Source: an uncultured delta proteobacterium
GTDB lineage: Bacteria > Desulfobacterota > Binatia > Binatales > Binataceae
Direction of reading: 5' to 3'
Length of the DNA stretch: 64,000 nt
NCBI GenBank assembly: GCA_963842085.1
Contig: CAWJET010000001.1
Coordinates: 352,001-416,000, forward strand
In this document: positions 1-10,217 of the stretch, piece by piece
Numbering within the stretch: the stretch's first letter is position 1
Layout: every line of letters starts with the position of its first letter
Notes under the pieces: generated by a model
Told to the model about the DNA's origin: nothing
The model's input: the letters and a program-made list of their open reading frames with translations, nothing else
Databases searched by the model: none
Translations under genes and position numbers: made by a program

Positions 1-247
1 GCAGGCGCGGCAGGGCCGGCGGCGGCCAGAAGGCGGCTTGCAGGCGAAAGATCAGGAACGAGCCGATGAGTCCGCTGAACAGCATCATCTCCGACGCGAT
101 CAGCATCAGTATCGCGATCATCCCGCTGCTGATGAAGGGACGCTCGACCTGATCGCCGCCCGCGCCCGAGTCGGTCGCGCGGCCGCGCCGGATCGGCGCC
201 ACGAACGGGCGTACTTTCGCAGCCGACAATGTCATGCCGGGCGCCAT
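1..247 (-). CDS. coxC: cytochrome c oxidase subunit III, 5' part (runs off window)
   Basis: Manual translation MAPGMTLSAAKVRP...SSGMIAILMLIASEMMLFSGLIGSFLIFR resembles COX3 helix 'xSExxxF'; last gene of the cox operon. Confidence 0.8.
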   Translation of the reverse strand, partial: MAPGMTLSAAKVRPFVAPIRRGRATDSGAGGDQVERPFISSGMIAILMLIASEMMLFSGLIGSFLIFRLQAAFWPPPALPRL

Positions 248-248
248 A

Positions 249-371
249 TCAATGTTTCACCAGAATCGTCACGACCGAGATCGTCACCAACAGCACCATC
301 ACGCCGATTAGTATCTTCAGCGTCCGCCAGTTTTCCTCTTTGCGCTCTTCGCGCGTCACCAGAGTACTCAT
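249..371 (-). CDS. 40-aa single-TM membrane peptide in cox operon
   Basis: Manual translation MSTLVTREERKEENWRTLKILIGVMVLLVTISVVTILVKH*; fills the ctaB-coxC gap. Confidence 0.65.
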   Translation of the reverse strand: MSTLVTREERKEENWRTLKILIGVMVLLVTISVVTILVKH

Positions 372-379
372 TCCAATAC

Positions 380-1285
380 TCACAGGCGATCCAGAACGAG
401 TACTAACAACACAATCGGCAAATAAACCAGCGACGCGAGCAGCAAGCGGCGCGCCGACCTGGCATTACCGGGCGAACGGACCATCACGAATCCGAACGTC
501 AACATGCCGACGCCCAGCGCCGATGCGATTACCATGTAGGGGATTCCGGCGAAGCCAAGCAGCGTCGGGACGATCCCCACGGCGACGAGTCCGAGGCTTG
601 CCGCAATCACGACCGGGTTCGAAGCATTGCCGCCACGCGAATTGTCCTGCGGAAGCAGATGGATGCCGGCGCGCGCGTAGTCGGTGCGATAGAGCCGCGC
701 AACCGCAAAGGTATGGGGCAACTGCCAGAGGAACATGATCGCAAACAGGATCATGGGTTCCCGGCCGAGGCCGGCGCGCGCCGCGGCCCATCCCGCCACC
801 GGAGGCAGCGCACCGGGGACCGCGCCGACGACGTTGCACATCCAGGTGTAGCGCTTGAGCGGGGTGTACACGCCGAGATAGACGATCGCGATGGCGGCGG
901 TCACCGCGGCGCACAGCAGGTTCGTGGCGAGCGCCAGGTAAACCATGCCGGCGGCCGTCGCGCTGACGCCGAATACGAGGGCTTCGGCTGGGCGCATCCG
1001 CAGGTCAGGCAGCGGACGATGACGCGTGCGATTCATCATCGCGTCGGTGTCGCGCTCGACGTACTCATTGAGCGCGAGCGTCCCGCCGGCCGCCAACGCA
1101 GTGCCCGCCAGCAGATTCAAGGCGAGCGTCAGGTCGAATCCCGCGCGCCCACCGAGATAGAAACCGGCGAGAGTCGTGACCAGCACCATCAGAACGACAC
1201 GCGGCTTGGTCAGTTCGAAATAATCGCTCACGCGGCCGTGCGGCAGAGTAAGCGCGGACTCAGCGGTCGCCACCTTGACGCTCAT
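380..1285 (-). CDS. ctaB: protoheme IX farnesyltransferase (heme O synthase)
   Basis: YFELTKPRV, DxDxxMxRTxxRPLP, YTPLKR, FLWQLPH motifs; start taken at MSVKV, overlapping the ctaA stop. Confidence 0.93.
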   Translation of the reverse strand: MSVKVATAESALTLPHGRVSDYFELTKPRVVLMVLVTTLAGFYLGGRAGFDLTLALNLLAGTALAAGGTLALNEYVERDTDAMMNRTRHRPLPDLRMRPAEALVFGVSATAAGMVYLALATNLLCAAVTAAIAIVYLGVYTPLKRYTWMCNVVGAVPGALPPVAGWAAARAGLGREPMILFAIMFLWQLPHTFAVARLYRTDYARAGIHLLPQDNSRGGNASNPVVIAASLGLVAVGIVPTLLGFAGIPYMVIASALGVGMLTFGFVMVRSPGNARSARRLLLASLVYLPIVLLVLVLDRL

Positions 1286-2274
1286 GCAGTCACCTGCCGT
1301 TTGAGCACGCGCGAACTCGCGTGCGACTCGAGCGCATGCGTGCGATTCGCCACGCCGAGAATGCGATACGCGCGGAGCGTCAACGCCAGGCTGGTCGCCA
1401 AAACGCCGGCGCCGACCGCGACGTGGCTGGTGGTGGGGAGCACCGCACGGCCGCTCCAGATCGTGATCGCGCCGAGACAAATCTGGACGATCAGCAGCAG
1501 GAACAGGCCGAGCGCGGGGCGGCGAAGCGCGCCGACCTCGCGATGCGTCCTCAGCACGCGAATGACAGTCCACAAAACCATCGCCGTCACGACCGCGGCG
1601 CCGCATCGATGCGCAAAATTAATCGCGATGAACTCGTTCCAATAGGGCGGCACCAGGTGGCCGAACGAAAGCGGGAAATCGGGGATCACCAGCCCGGCGC
1701 TCATGTGACGCATCACCGCGCCGACGAGAATCTGCGTATAGATGACGGCGGTGGTCGCGGCGGCAAGCGCAGGCAGCGGGAATCGCGACGGCGGCTCGTC
1801 GACGTGCGGGGTCGCGTCCCAGCGCGGATTGGTGAAGATGGCGATCGACACCATCAGGCAGAACAGCGCCTGCGCCGTGGCGGCGTGCGCCACCGCGATC
1901 GCGAGCGGCAATTCGAACAGCACCGTGATCCCGCCGAGAATTGCCTGGACGATGATTAGTCCGAAGGCCAGCATGACGAGCTGGCGGACCCATCGCCGCG
2001 GCTCGGCGCGCCACGCCCACGCCATCAGCACCAGAGTGAGAACGACGACGGTGCCGGCAGCGAGGCGATGGCCAAATTCAAAACGGATGCCGCCCTGCCA
2101 CGCCGGAATGAGTTTGCCGAACGCCAGCGGCCAGTCGGGGACGGCAAGCGCGGACCCGGTCGAAGTGACGAGTCCGCCGACGAAGATGAGGCAGAAGGTG
2201 GCGCCTGCGGTCAGCACCGCAAAGCGATGCAGTCCGCGCGCCTTCTCACCCTCAATTGGCGACTGATTCATCAC
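1282..2274 (-). CDS. ctaA: heme A synthase (COX15/CtaA family)
   Basis: PDWP, EFGHR, NFAHR and further conserved His in a multi-TM protein within the cox operon. Confidence 0.88.
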   Translation of the reverse strand: MMNQSPIEGEKARGLHRFAVLTAGATFCLIFVGGLVTSTGSALAVPDWPLAFGKLIPAWQGGIRFEFGHRLAAGTVVVLTLVLMAWAWRAEPRRWVRQLVMLAFGLIIVQAILGGITVLFELPLAIAVAHAATAQALFCLMVSIAIFTNPRWDATPHVDEPPSRFPLPALAAATTAVIYTQILVGAVMRHMSAGLVIPDFPLSFGHLVPPYWNEFIAINFAHRCGAAVVTAMVLWTVIRVLRTHREVGALRRPALGLFLLLIVQICLGAITIWSGRAVLPTTSHVAVGAGVLATSLALTLRAYRILGVANRTHALESHASSRVLKRQVTA

Positions 2275-2289
2275 TGGCTATTGGACTGA

Positions 2290-4044
2290 CTAATCCGCCG
2301 CGGCCGTTGAGTGTTCGATCGACAGCGATTGCGGCAGAAAATCCTCCGCAACCTCGGGCGAGCTGTACTCGTACGGTCCACGGTAAACGACCGGCACCGT
2401 CCCGGGCCAGTTGCCGTGCGGCGGCGGCGAGGGTGTCGTCCACTCCAGGGTATTCGAATTCCACGGATTCTCGGTGGCCTTCGCGCCCTTGAAATAGCTC
2501 CAGACCATATTCGCCAGGAGCAGGAACTGCGCGGTGCCGAGCACGAACGCGCTGATCGAAATAAAATAGTTGATCGGGATGATCGGCTTCAAGAAATCGT
2601 ACTGCTGCGGATTGTAAATCCGGCGCATGTGCCCGGCCATGCCGAGGATGTGCATCGGGAAGAAGGTGCAGTTGAACGCCACGAACGTGATCCAGAAGTG
2701 AATCTTGCCGAGCGTCTCGTTCATCATGCGGCCGAACATCTTGGGATACCAATAGGTAATCCCTGCGAATACGCCGAACAGGCTGCCGCCGAACAGTACG
2801 TAGTGAATATGGGCGACGATGAAGTAGGTATCGTGGATGTACATATCCACCGGCGTACACGCCATCCAGATTCCCGACAGTCCGCCGATCACGAACATCG
2901 CGACGAACGCCAGCGCGTTCATCATCGCCGCCGTGTAATGGATGTTGCCCTTGTAGAGCGTGCCGAGCCAGTTGAAGGTCTTAATCGCCGACGGCACTCC
3001 GATGATCATCGTGGTGATCATGAAACCGCCGCCCAGCACCGGATCCATCCCCGACACGAACATGTGGTGGCCCCACACGACCCATGACAGGAACGCGATC
3101 GCGATCATCGCGTAGGCCATCGCGCGGTATCCGAATATCGGCTTGCGCGAAAAGGTCGAGATGACGTCGGAGGAGATCCCCATCGCGGGCAGGATCATGA
3201 TGTAGACCTCGGGATGGCCGAAAAACCAGAACAGATGCTGCCATAGCAGCGGCTCGCCGCCGCCAGCGGGCAGAAAGAAATGGGTGCCGCCCATGCGATC
3301 GAAGAGCAGCAGCGCCAGCGCGGTGGTCAGCACCGGCAGCGCGAGCAGCAGCAGAATCGCCGTGATGAACAGCGACCAGATGACCAGCGGCAAGCGGAAG
3401 AAGTACATGCCCTTGGTGCGCATGTTGATGATCGTCGTGATGTAGTTGATCGAGCCCATCAGCGACGACGCGCCGAGCACGATGATGCTCATGCACCACA
3501 AGTCCTGGCCCCAATAGACGCCGCTGTAAATCGGCACCGCGCTCAGCGGAGCGTACGAAGTCCAGCCGGCCGCCGCCGGACCGCCGGTGACGAAGAACGA
3601 GGACAGCATGAGCACGCCAGCGACCGCGCCGACCCAGAACGACAGCATGTTCAGCTTGGGGAACGCCATGTCACGCGCGCCGATCATCAACGGGATGAGG
3701 AAGTTGCCGAAGCATCCGACCAGAATCGGCATCACCACGAAGAAGATCATGATGGTGGCGTGCATCGTCAATATCGAGTTGTAGGTGTTGGGCAGAATCG
3801 CGTTGTCGCTCTGGATCGAGGATGGGAAGATGCTGAGGAAACTCCACTGCTGGTCCGGCCACGCGAGATCCAGCCGCATCAGCATCGCCATCAGGCCGCC
3901 GATCGACATCATGAACAGCGCCATGAAGAGGAACTGCCGCCCGATCATCTTGTGATCCGTGGAAAAGATATATGTGCGCCAAAAGCCGAGCGCATGATGC
4001 TCGGCGTGAGCGCCGTGCGCCGCAACCGCTGCCGTACTACTCAT
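2290..4044 (-). CDS. coxA: cytochrome c oxidase subunit I (A1 type)
   Basis: DHKMIG, HATIMIFF, WFFGHPEVY, WGHHMF, HDTYFIVAHIHYV. Confidence 0.97.
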   Translation of the reverse strand: MSSTAAVAAHGAHAEHHALGFWRTYIFSTDHKMIGRQFLFMALFMMSIGGLMAMLMRLDLAWPDQQWSFLSIFPSSIQSDNAILPNTYNSILTMHATIMIFFVVMPILVGCFGNFLIPLMIGARDMAFPKLNMLSFWVGAVAGVLMLSSFFVTGGPAAAGWTSYAPLSAVPIYSGVYWGQDLWCMSIIVLGASSLMGSINYITTIINMRTKGMYFFRLPLVIWSLFITAILLLLALPVLTTALALLLFDRMGGTHFFLPAGGGEPLLWQHLFWFFGHPEVYIMILPAMGISSDVISTFSRKPIFGYRAMAYAMIAIAFLSWVVWGHHMFVSGMDPVLGGGFMITTMIIGVPSAIKTFNWLGTLYKGNIHYTAAMMNALAFVAMFVIGGLSGIWMACTPVDMYIHDTYFIVAHIHYVLFGGSLFGVFAGITYWYPKMFGRMMNETLGKIHFWITFVAFNCTFFPMHILGMAGHMRRIYNPQQYDFLKPIIPINYFISISAFVLGTAQFLLLANMVWSYFKGAKATENPWNSNTLEWTTPSPPPHGNWPGTVPVVYRGPYEYSSPEVAEDFLPQSLSIEHSTAAAD

Positions 4045-4092
4045 CTTCGACTAGCTCCTCCGCGCGACGTGGCCGGCGAGTGCGGGCTTTTA

Positions 4093-4761
4093 CTACTTGT
4101 TCTGCGAGTACTGGTCTTTGAGCCACTTGTCAAAATCCTCTTGCGACTGGACCGTCAGATTGCCCTTCATCCCCGAATGCCCGAAGCCGCACAGCTGCGA
4201 GCACGGAATCTCGTATTGCCCGGTTTCGGTCGCTTCGAACCAGACATGGATGATGCGGCCGGGGACCGCGTCCTGCCTGAGACGCATGTTGGGGACGTAA
4301 AAGCTGTGGATGACGTCTTTCGAGGTCAGATCGATTCGCACGACCTTGTTCACCGGCACGTGCAACTCGTTCTCGATCGTGAGGTCGTCCTTGGTGCCGA
4401 ATTTGCCGTCAGGTCCCGGATAGGTGATTTCCCAATTGAACTGTTTTCCAGTCACCTGGTAGAACACGTCGCCCGGAGGCCCATGCTCCTTGATATCGGC
4501 CCACGTCGAGCGGCTCATCAGCGCCAGGACAATCAGAATCACCGCCGTCACGGTGGTCCATATGATCTCGAGACGCGAATTGCCTTCGATATACTCCGCC
4601 TTGCGGCCGGGCCGGGTCCGATAGCGAATCAGGAAGACCACCATCGTGACCATCACCGCGACCCAAACGACCAGCACGATCCAGAAGATCAGCTCGAAGA
4701 GGAAATCGATCTGCGGACCGAAGGTCGAGATGTCGTGCGGAAAGTACATGTGCTCGAGCAT
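4093..4761 (-). CDS. coxB: cytochrome c oxidase subunit II (CuA)
   Basis: Two TM helices, LEIIWT, DVIHSF and CSQLCGFGHSGM CuA motif. Confidence 0.95.
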   Translation of the reverse strand: MLEHMYFPHDISTFGPQIDFLFELIFWIVLVVWVAVMVTMVVFLIRYRTRPGRKAEYIEGNSRLEIIWTTVTAVILIVLALMSRSTWADIKEHGPPGDVFYQVTGKQFNWEITYPGPDGKFGTKDDLTIENELHVPVNKVVRIDLTSKDVIHSFYVPNMRLRQDAVPGRIIHVWFEATETGQYEIPCSQLCGFGHSGMKGNLTVQSQEDFDKWLKDQYSQNK

Positions 4762-5000
4762 CGAAGCGTCACCTCTGCGCTAGCAACGGGTAAAAGCGGG
4801 ACGAGCGTTCGCCGCGCCGAACAAGACGGCTGATGCAACGTTCCGACAACTTCCGATTCATGAATTGGGTGCGATTATGCCTGTCAGCGCGCCGACTAGT
4901 GAAATGAAAAATCCTGATTCCCAACCGCAACGCCCGTTATTCACCGCCGTCATGACGCTCACATTTCGCGTGCGATTTCAAGCGCTTCGGGGTCGAAGGA

Positions 5001-5015
5001 TGGCACGACCGGTGC
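5001..5015 (+). promoter_or_regulatory. putative sigma54 -24/-12 promoter of the acyl-CoA ligase gene
   Basis: TGGCACGACCGGTGC has the correct GG-N10-GC spacing, about 90 bp upstream of the ATG. Confidence 0.4.
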
Positions 5016-5102
5016 GCAAGGCAATCCGGCGTTGGCGCGCGATTGGCGGCAACGAGTGTTTGGGTTAGAACCAGCGGAAGGAAGAGGAGGTCTCGATTTT
5101 TT

Positions 5103-6890
5103 ATGCCTGAGCGGGTGGCGACCCTTTCCCAATCCTTCGAGAGGCAGGCGCAGAAGTACGGTGCGCGCGCTTTCCTGAAAGACAAGCGCGACAAAGTCTG
5201 GACGGACCACTCGTGGACCGAAGTTTCCGAGGCCGCGGGGAAGCTGCGCGCCGGCCTGCTTGGCCTCGGCGCGCGTCCCGGCGATCGCGTCGCCATCCTG
5301 TCCGACAATTGCCCCGAATGGATCGTCGTCGATCAGGCCGTGCTCGGGCTCGGCGCGATCGTCGTACCGCTCTACACCACCAGCGGACTCGAGGAGACCG
5401 CCCACGTCATCAATGACTCAGGAGCGAAGGTCATCGCGGCCAACGGACCCGAGATGGTCAGGAAAATTCTCGGCCTCGGCGGCTCGATTCCAGGCCTCAC
5501 GGCAATTGTCGCGATGCATTCCGGCGCGGAATCCGCACCCGCCGCCGATGGAACGCCCGCCGTCATGACGGCGGCGTCGATAAGCGCCGAGACCCCGGCG
5601 GCGATCGTCGAGGGCAGCAGCGACGACCTCGCGACGATCATCTACACCTCAGGCACCACGGGCACGTCGAAGGGCGTGATGCTCTCGCACGGCAACATCC
5701 TGGCCAACGCCGAGGACTCGCTCGCCGCACTTGCGCTCAACGACACCGACATGACGCTGTCGCATCTGCCGATCGCACACTCGTTCGAGCGGACCGCGGG
5801 CTATTACACCGTGGCGATGGCGGGAGGGACGATCGCGTTTGCCGAGAGCCTGGGGCAGATCGCCTCGAACCTGACCGAGGTCCAACCGACGGTAGTGCTG
5901 ACGGTGCCGCGCCTGCTCGAAGTGATTCACAGCCGCGTGATGCGCACGGTCGAGGCCTCGCCGCCGATGCGCCAGCGGCTGTTCAAAATCGCGCTCAGAG
6001 CAGGCGAGCAAGCGGCCGAATATCGGCATCGCGGGAAGCCGGTTCCGCCGCTGCTGGCACTCTCGATGGCGCTGTTCCGGCGGCTGGTGTTCGCGCGAGT
6101 GCGCGCAATTTTCGGAAATCGAATCCGCTACCTGATTTCCGGCGGCGCGCCGCTGCCGACCGAGATCAACCGCTTCCTGTCCGCCGCCGAAGTACCAATC
6201 GTCGAGGGCTATGGGCTGACTGAGGCGGCTCCCGTCGTCGCGTGCAATCTGCACAACGGCAAGACCCGAATCGGCACGGTGGGACTGCCGTTGGCGCGCA
6301 TCCAGGTCGAGACCGCCGCCGACGGCGAGTTGCTGCTGCGCGGGCCAAACATCATGAAGGGCTACTACAAGCTCGAGGCCGAAACGAAAGAAGCGATCGA
6401 TGAAAACGGATGGCTGCACACCGGCGACATCGCGAAGATCGACGTCGAGGGCTACATCTCGATCACCGACCGCAAAAAGGAAATCATCGTGCTGTCGGGC
6501 GGCAAGAATATCTCGCCCGCCTACGTCGAGAGCAAGCTCACCGGCGACAAGTTCATCTCACAGGCCTGCGTGATCGGCGACCGCCGCAAGCATCTGGCGG
6601 CGCTGGTAGTGCCGGACTACGAAAACCTCGTGGATTTTCTCAATGAGAACAAGCTCGACCCGAAGAAGCCCGACGAGATTGCCAAGTCTGCGGCGCTGAA
6701 AACCTTCCTCCACGGCAGGATTCGCGAGATCAACAAGAACCTGTCCGACGTAGAAGCGATCGCCGCGTTCACGATCATCGCGCAACCATTCACGCAGGAA
6801 AATGGCGAGCTGACCCCCTCGCTAAAAGTGCGCCGCAAAGTGGTTCAAGCGCACTTCAAGGATCAGATCGATTCGATGTACGGCGATTGA
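5103..6890 (+). CDS. fadD: long-chain fatty acid-CoA ligase (AMP-binding)
   Basis: YTSGTTGTSKG, EGYGLTE, WLHTGDI, LTPSLK motifs. Confidence 0.9.
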   Translation: MPERVATLSQSFERQAQKYGARAFLKDKRDKVWTDHSWTEVSEAAGKLRAGLLGLGARPGDRVAILSDNCPEWIVVDQAVLGLGAIVVPLYTTSGLEETAHVINDSGAKVIAANGPEMVRKILGLGGSIPGLTAIVAMHSGAESAPAADGTPAVMTAASISAETPAAIVEGSSDDLATIIYTSGTTGTSKGVMLSHGNILANAEDSLAALALNDTDMTLSHLPIAHSFERTAGYYTVAMAGGTIAFAESLGQIASNLTEVQPTVVLTVPRLLEVIHSRVMRTVEASPPMRQRLFKIALRAGEQAAEYRHRGKPVPPLLALSMALFRRLVFARVRAIFGNRIRYLISGGAPLPTEINRFLSAAEVPIVEGYGLTEAAPVVACNLHNGKTRIGTVGLPLARIQVETAADGELLLRGPNIMKGYYKLEAETKEAIDENGWLHTGDIAKIDVEGYISITDRKKEIIVLSGGKNISPAYVESKLTGDKFISQACVIGDRRKHLAALVVPDYENLVDFLNENKLDPKKPDEIAKSAALKTFLHGRIREINKNLSDVEAIAAFTIIAQPFTQENGELTPSLKVRRKVVQAHFKDQIDSMYGD

Positions 6891-6918
6891 GGGTCTTTAT
6901 TTCCATCTGCGGTAAACA

Positions 6919-7791
6919 GTGTTCCTGAAGGTCAGACTCTATTTTGGCGCGCTCATCGCGCAGCTGCTGCGAGCGTTACGCCGGCGAAATGTTCTCACAG
7001 TTTCTGGGGCAATATTGGGCCTGCTCAGTCTGGCAACCGCTGTCGTCATCGTTGGTGTCCCGATGTTTCTGGAAAGCGACAAGGTGCTCGAAGCTCACGC
7101 CCTTCCAACGAGCGTAACCCTGCTCGGGCGGTCGTGGCACCTCAACCTCGCAATCGTCGTCAGCGCTGCCTACCTGTACCAATTCTTCTTCAAGACCATC
7201 GAAAGCGCCCGCTCGGAGTCAGCCCGCGAACCTCATCGACTCAAGCGCAGCCGGGTCGAAAGCACGGCGATTAATCGGATTCGCGAGGATCTGCGCAACA
7301 ATCTCAAGACCGCTGGGACCCTTCTCACGGATACGCGGCTGATGCTGGCGGTTCTGGAGGCAGTACTCCTGACCGTCGCCGAAGAAGTCGGTGGTTATGC
7401 CGAGATGGAAAAACTTGAAGCAAATCTGATTATTCGTTCGCCGAATAATCCTAGTAATCTCCGTGTGATTGCGCGGTTCGGAAACACCCGCCCCTATCCC
7501 ATTGAATACACGATGGATCAGCGATCATTCTGTGCTGCATTGTGGCGCGGAGATCCAACCGCGGCGGTGGCCGGGAACATCGCAGCTATTGCGCCGGATA
7601 GTGGGCGGAACGTCCCCTACAGAGACATCCTGCGACTACCGGTTCGCGATTCGAGCGGAAACGTAGCTGCTGCGCTCCGCATCGACAGTACTGAGAAGTA
7701 TCACTTCCCGCGCCGGCAATCCGCGATTCAGAGACTCGAGTTCGAGGTAAGTCCTCACCTTGCCCTGCTCAGAATGATACTTGAACTTTAG
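6919..7791 (+). CDS. hypothetical protein, two N-terminal TM helices and possible GAF-like C-terminus
   Basis: 290-aa ORF with atypical codon usage; LPVRDSSGNVAAALRIDS resembles GAF-domain end strands. Confidence 0.55.
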   Translation: MFLKVRLYFGALIAQLLRALRRRNVLTVSGAILGLLSLATAVVIVGVPMFLESDKVLEAHALPTSVTLLGRSWHLNLAIVVSAAYLYQFFFKTIESARSESAREPHRLKRSRVESTAINRIREDLRNNLKTAGTLLTDTRLMLAVLEAVLLTVAEEVGGYAEMEKLEANLIIRSPNNPSNLRVIARFGNTRPYPIEYTMDQRSFCAALWRGDPTAAVAGNIAAIAPDSGRNVPYRDILRLPVRDSSGNVAAALRIDSTEKYHFPRRQSAIQRLEFEVSPHLALLRMILEL

Positions 7792-7819
7792 GCGTTAACG
7801 GTTAGACTAATGGGAGTAT

Positions 7820-8080
7820 ATGACGTCCGAGAAAAAACAGGCTGAGGCGGTCCGTCTCTCGATGATGATCCAAGGCGTGGGTATTGGCCGGGACGTTCCC
7901 GATCAAGAAGTGGTCGATTCCTTCGAAAAGATGGAAGGGAAATCTTCGGTGCTTGGCAAATGGGCCAGCAATGCTGTTTCGTTTTTCCTGCCCAGCGTAA
8001 CGCCACCTATCATCCGCGCCAAGCCGACTCAGACAGGACAGTCCGAGGCGGATTTTCCGGCAGCGCGCGGCGCCGTCTGA
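7820..8080 (+). CDS. small hypothetical protein
   Basis: 86-aa ORF preceded by GGGAG RBS, following the 6919-7791 ORF. Confidence 0.45.
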   Translation: MTSEKKQAEAVRLSMMIQGVGIGRDVPDQEVVDSFEKMEGKSSVLGKWASNAVSFFLPSVTPPIIRAKPTQTGQSEADFPAARGAV

Positions 8081-8136
8081 GCCGTTCTGGCACGCGACAC
8101 AACCCCGTTTCCGCCCACGATCGGATTCGCCTCGCC

Positions 8137-8631
8137 CTACTTCGTGCCGTTCTCGGCGGCGAGGATCGCGTGGATCGTCGTCAGCTCTTTCACCATGTAC
8201 GCGCGTTTGCCCTTGGGCGTGACGACTTCGATGTCGTCCTGCGCCGCCTTGCCGATTAGCGCGCGGCCCAGCGGCGACGACAGCGAGATGCGGTTTTGCG
8301 CGCCGTCAACTTCTTCGGGCACGACGATCTCGAATACCGCGATACCGCCCTCATCGAGATCCTCCAGATGAACGCGGCTGCCGAGACCGACGGTGTCGCG
8401 CGGTATCGTCTCGAGGTCGATCATCGCGAGCTCGGCGATTCGCGCCTCCAGGTTGCCGACCCGCGCGCGTAGGAACTCCTGGCGCTGCTTCGCCATCGCC
8501 CATTCCGCGTTTTCGGACAGGTCGCCGTGCGCACGCGCGCGCTCGAGTTCCTTGGGCAGGTCCACGGTGAGTTCGCGCTTGAGCGTCTCGAGGTCTTTTC
8601 TGAGCCGCTTGATTACCGGTAATTCAGCCAT
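8137..8631 (-). CDS. greA: transcription elongation factor GreA
   Basis: ARAHGDLSENAE and ISLSSPLGRALIGK. Confidence 0.92.
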   Translation of the reverse strand: MAELPVIKRLRKDLETLKRELTVDLPKELERARAHGDLSENAEWAMAKQRQEFLRARVGNLEARIAELAMIDLETIPRDTVGLGSRVHLEDLDEGGIAVFEIVVPEEVDGAQNRISLSSPLGRALIGKAAQDDIEVVTPKGKRAYMVKELTTIHAILAAENGTK

Positions 8632-8721
8632 CGATACATTCTTCCTGAATGCGATCTTCTTTTAGTCTATACGATTCGCCGGGCAGGCGAGCGCTTCGGC
8701 AGGCCTCTTTCCCGGCCTGCT

Positions 8722-8955
8722 TCAATCCGCGACGATCGAAGTCAGGCTCCGATTGACGCCCGTCACGCTCTGAATCTTCTGCACCACCAGCTCGCCGAGC
8801 GAGGTCACGTCCGCGGCCTCCGCGATCGCGATGATATCGTGCGGCCCGGTGACCGCGTGCGCCACGGAAACTCCCTTCACGCCGCGAATCTTGGCCGCGA
8901 CTTCGCGCGCCTTTCCCGGTGACGTATCTATAAGGATGAATGCCTTTACGGACAT
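8722..8955 (-). CDS. Lrp/AsnC ligand-binding domain protein
   Basis: KAFILI...VTGPHDII...GVNRSLTSIV, a stand-alone RAM domain. Confidence 0.85.
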   Translation of the reverse strand: MSVKAFILIDTSPGKAREVAAKIRGVKGVSVAHAVTGPHDIIAIAEAADVTSLGELVVQKIQSVTGVNRSLTSIVAD

Positions 8956-9003
8956 ACTCGTTTCCTCCCGGCGCAACGCCCTCAGACCGGCGTGCGCGCG
9001 CAC

Positions 9004-9885
9004 TTAGCGCGGTGGCGGAATCAAAGCGCCCTTCTCATCATATACATAAAATCCGCGGCCCGACTTGCGGCCGAGGTACCCCGCATCGACGTACTTCTTC
9101 AGCAGCGGGCACGGACGGTACTTGTCGTCGCCCAGCACCCGATGCATCACCTCCATGATTGCGAGGCAGGTATCCAGCCCGATCAGATCGGCCAGCTCGA
9201 GCGGACCCATCGGCTGATTGGTGCCGAGCTTCATCGCGGTGTCGATATCGGTCACGCCGCCGACGCCTTCGTACATCGTGTAGATCGCTTCGTTGATCAT
9301 CGGCAGCAGCACGCGATTGACGATGAATCCCGGGAAGTCCTGCGCGGTCATCGTGGTCTTGCCGAGCTGCTCGGCCAGCGCGCGCGTCTGCTGAAAGGTC
9401 GCTTCCGAGGTGGCGAGTCCGCGAACGATTTCCACCAGCTTCATCGCCGGAACCGGGTTCATGAAATGCATCCCGATCACGCGGTCGGCGCGCGAAGTCC
9501 GCGCCCCCATCCGGGTGATCGAGATCGACGACGTATTCGAGGCCAAAATCGTTTCCGGCGGACAGAGTTTGTCGAGCTTCTGCAGCACCGCGATCTTCGC
9601 GTCTTCGTTTTCAACCACCGCCTCGATCACGAAACCGACCCTGGCCAGGTCTTCGAGATTGGTGGTCGTCTCGACGCGGCGCATCACGGTGTCGCGCGTT
9701 TCGGGCTTGAAGCGCCCGCGCTCGATCATCCGGTCCAGGTTGCGCGCGATCGCATCGACGCCGCGCTTGCACATCTCGGGCGCGATATCGTGCATCACGA
9801 CCGCGATCTCCGCCTGCGCCGCGACCTGCGCGATTCCCGCACCCATTTGCCCTGCTCCAACGACGCCGATCTGGTGCAAACTCAT
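9004..9885 (-). CDS. hbd: 3-hydroxybutyryl-CoA dehydrogenase
   Basis: GAGQMGAGIA, SNTSS, HFMNP, PMGPLELADLIGLD, LGRKSGRGFY. Confidence 0.92.
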   Translation of the reverse strand: MSLHQIGVVGAGQMGAGIAQVAAQAEIAVVMHDIAPEMCKRGVDAIARNLDRMIERGRFKPETRDTVMRRVETTTNLEDLARVGFVIEAVVENEDAKIAVLQKLDKLCPPETILASNTSSISITRMGARTSRADRVIGMHFMNPVPAMKLVEIVRGLATSEATFQQTRALAEQLGKTTMTAQDFPGFIVNRVLLPMINEAIYTMYEGVGGVTDIDTAMKLGTNQPMGPLELADLIGLDTCLAIMEVMHRVLGDDKYRPCPLLKKYVDAGYLGRKSGRGFYVYDEKGALIPPPR

Positions 9886-9915
9886 TCGCCTCTCCGAAAA
9901 CTGTTCGCCCTTGAC

Positions 9916-10194
9916 CTAGAGGTACGGGATATAATTCTTGAGCGAGCTAAGCAACGCCGCAACGTCGGCCTCGTCGCCAAGCTCGCGGCACAGGATTTCG
10001 TAGTAACCCCTGATACGGCCGCGCTCCTGGTTTTCCGGCGCCTCCGCGAGCATCGCCTGGAAGTCCTTGAGAATCGCCTGGGTTTCGAGTTTTTTCTTGA
10101 CCGGAATCGCTTCGTCATCGACGGCGATCAGCAAACGGATATGATCGATCATCCGGTTCATCACGGCAAAATCGCTGCGATCTTTCTCCACCAT
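9916..10194 (-). CDS. hypothetical protein
   Basis: 92-aa ORF with typical codon usage, co-oriented in an operon. Confidence 0.65.
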   Translation of the reverse strand: MVEKDRSDFAVMNRMIDHIRLLIAVDDEAIPVKKKLETQAILKDFQAMLAEAPENQERGRIRGYYEILCRELGDEADVAALLSSLKNYIPYL

Positions 10195-10217
10195 CGGCTA
10201 AGTCGCTCGCACCCGCA

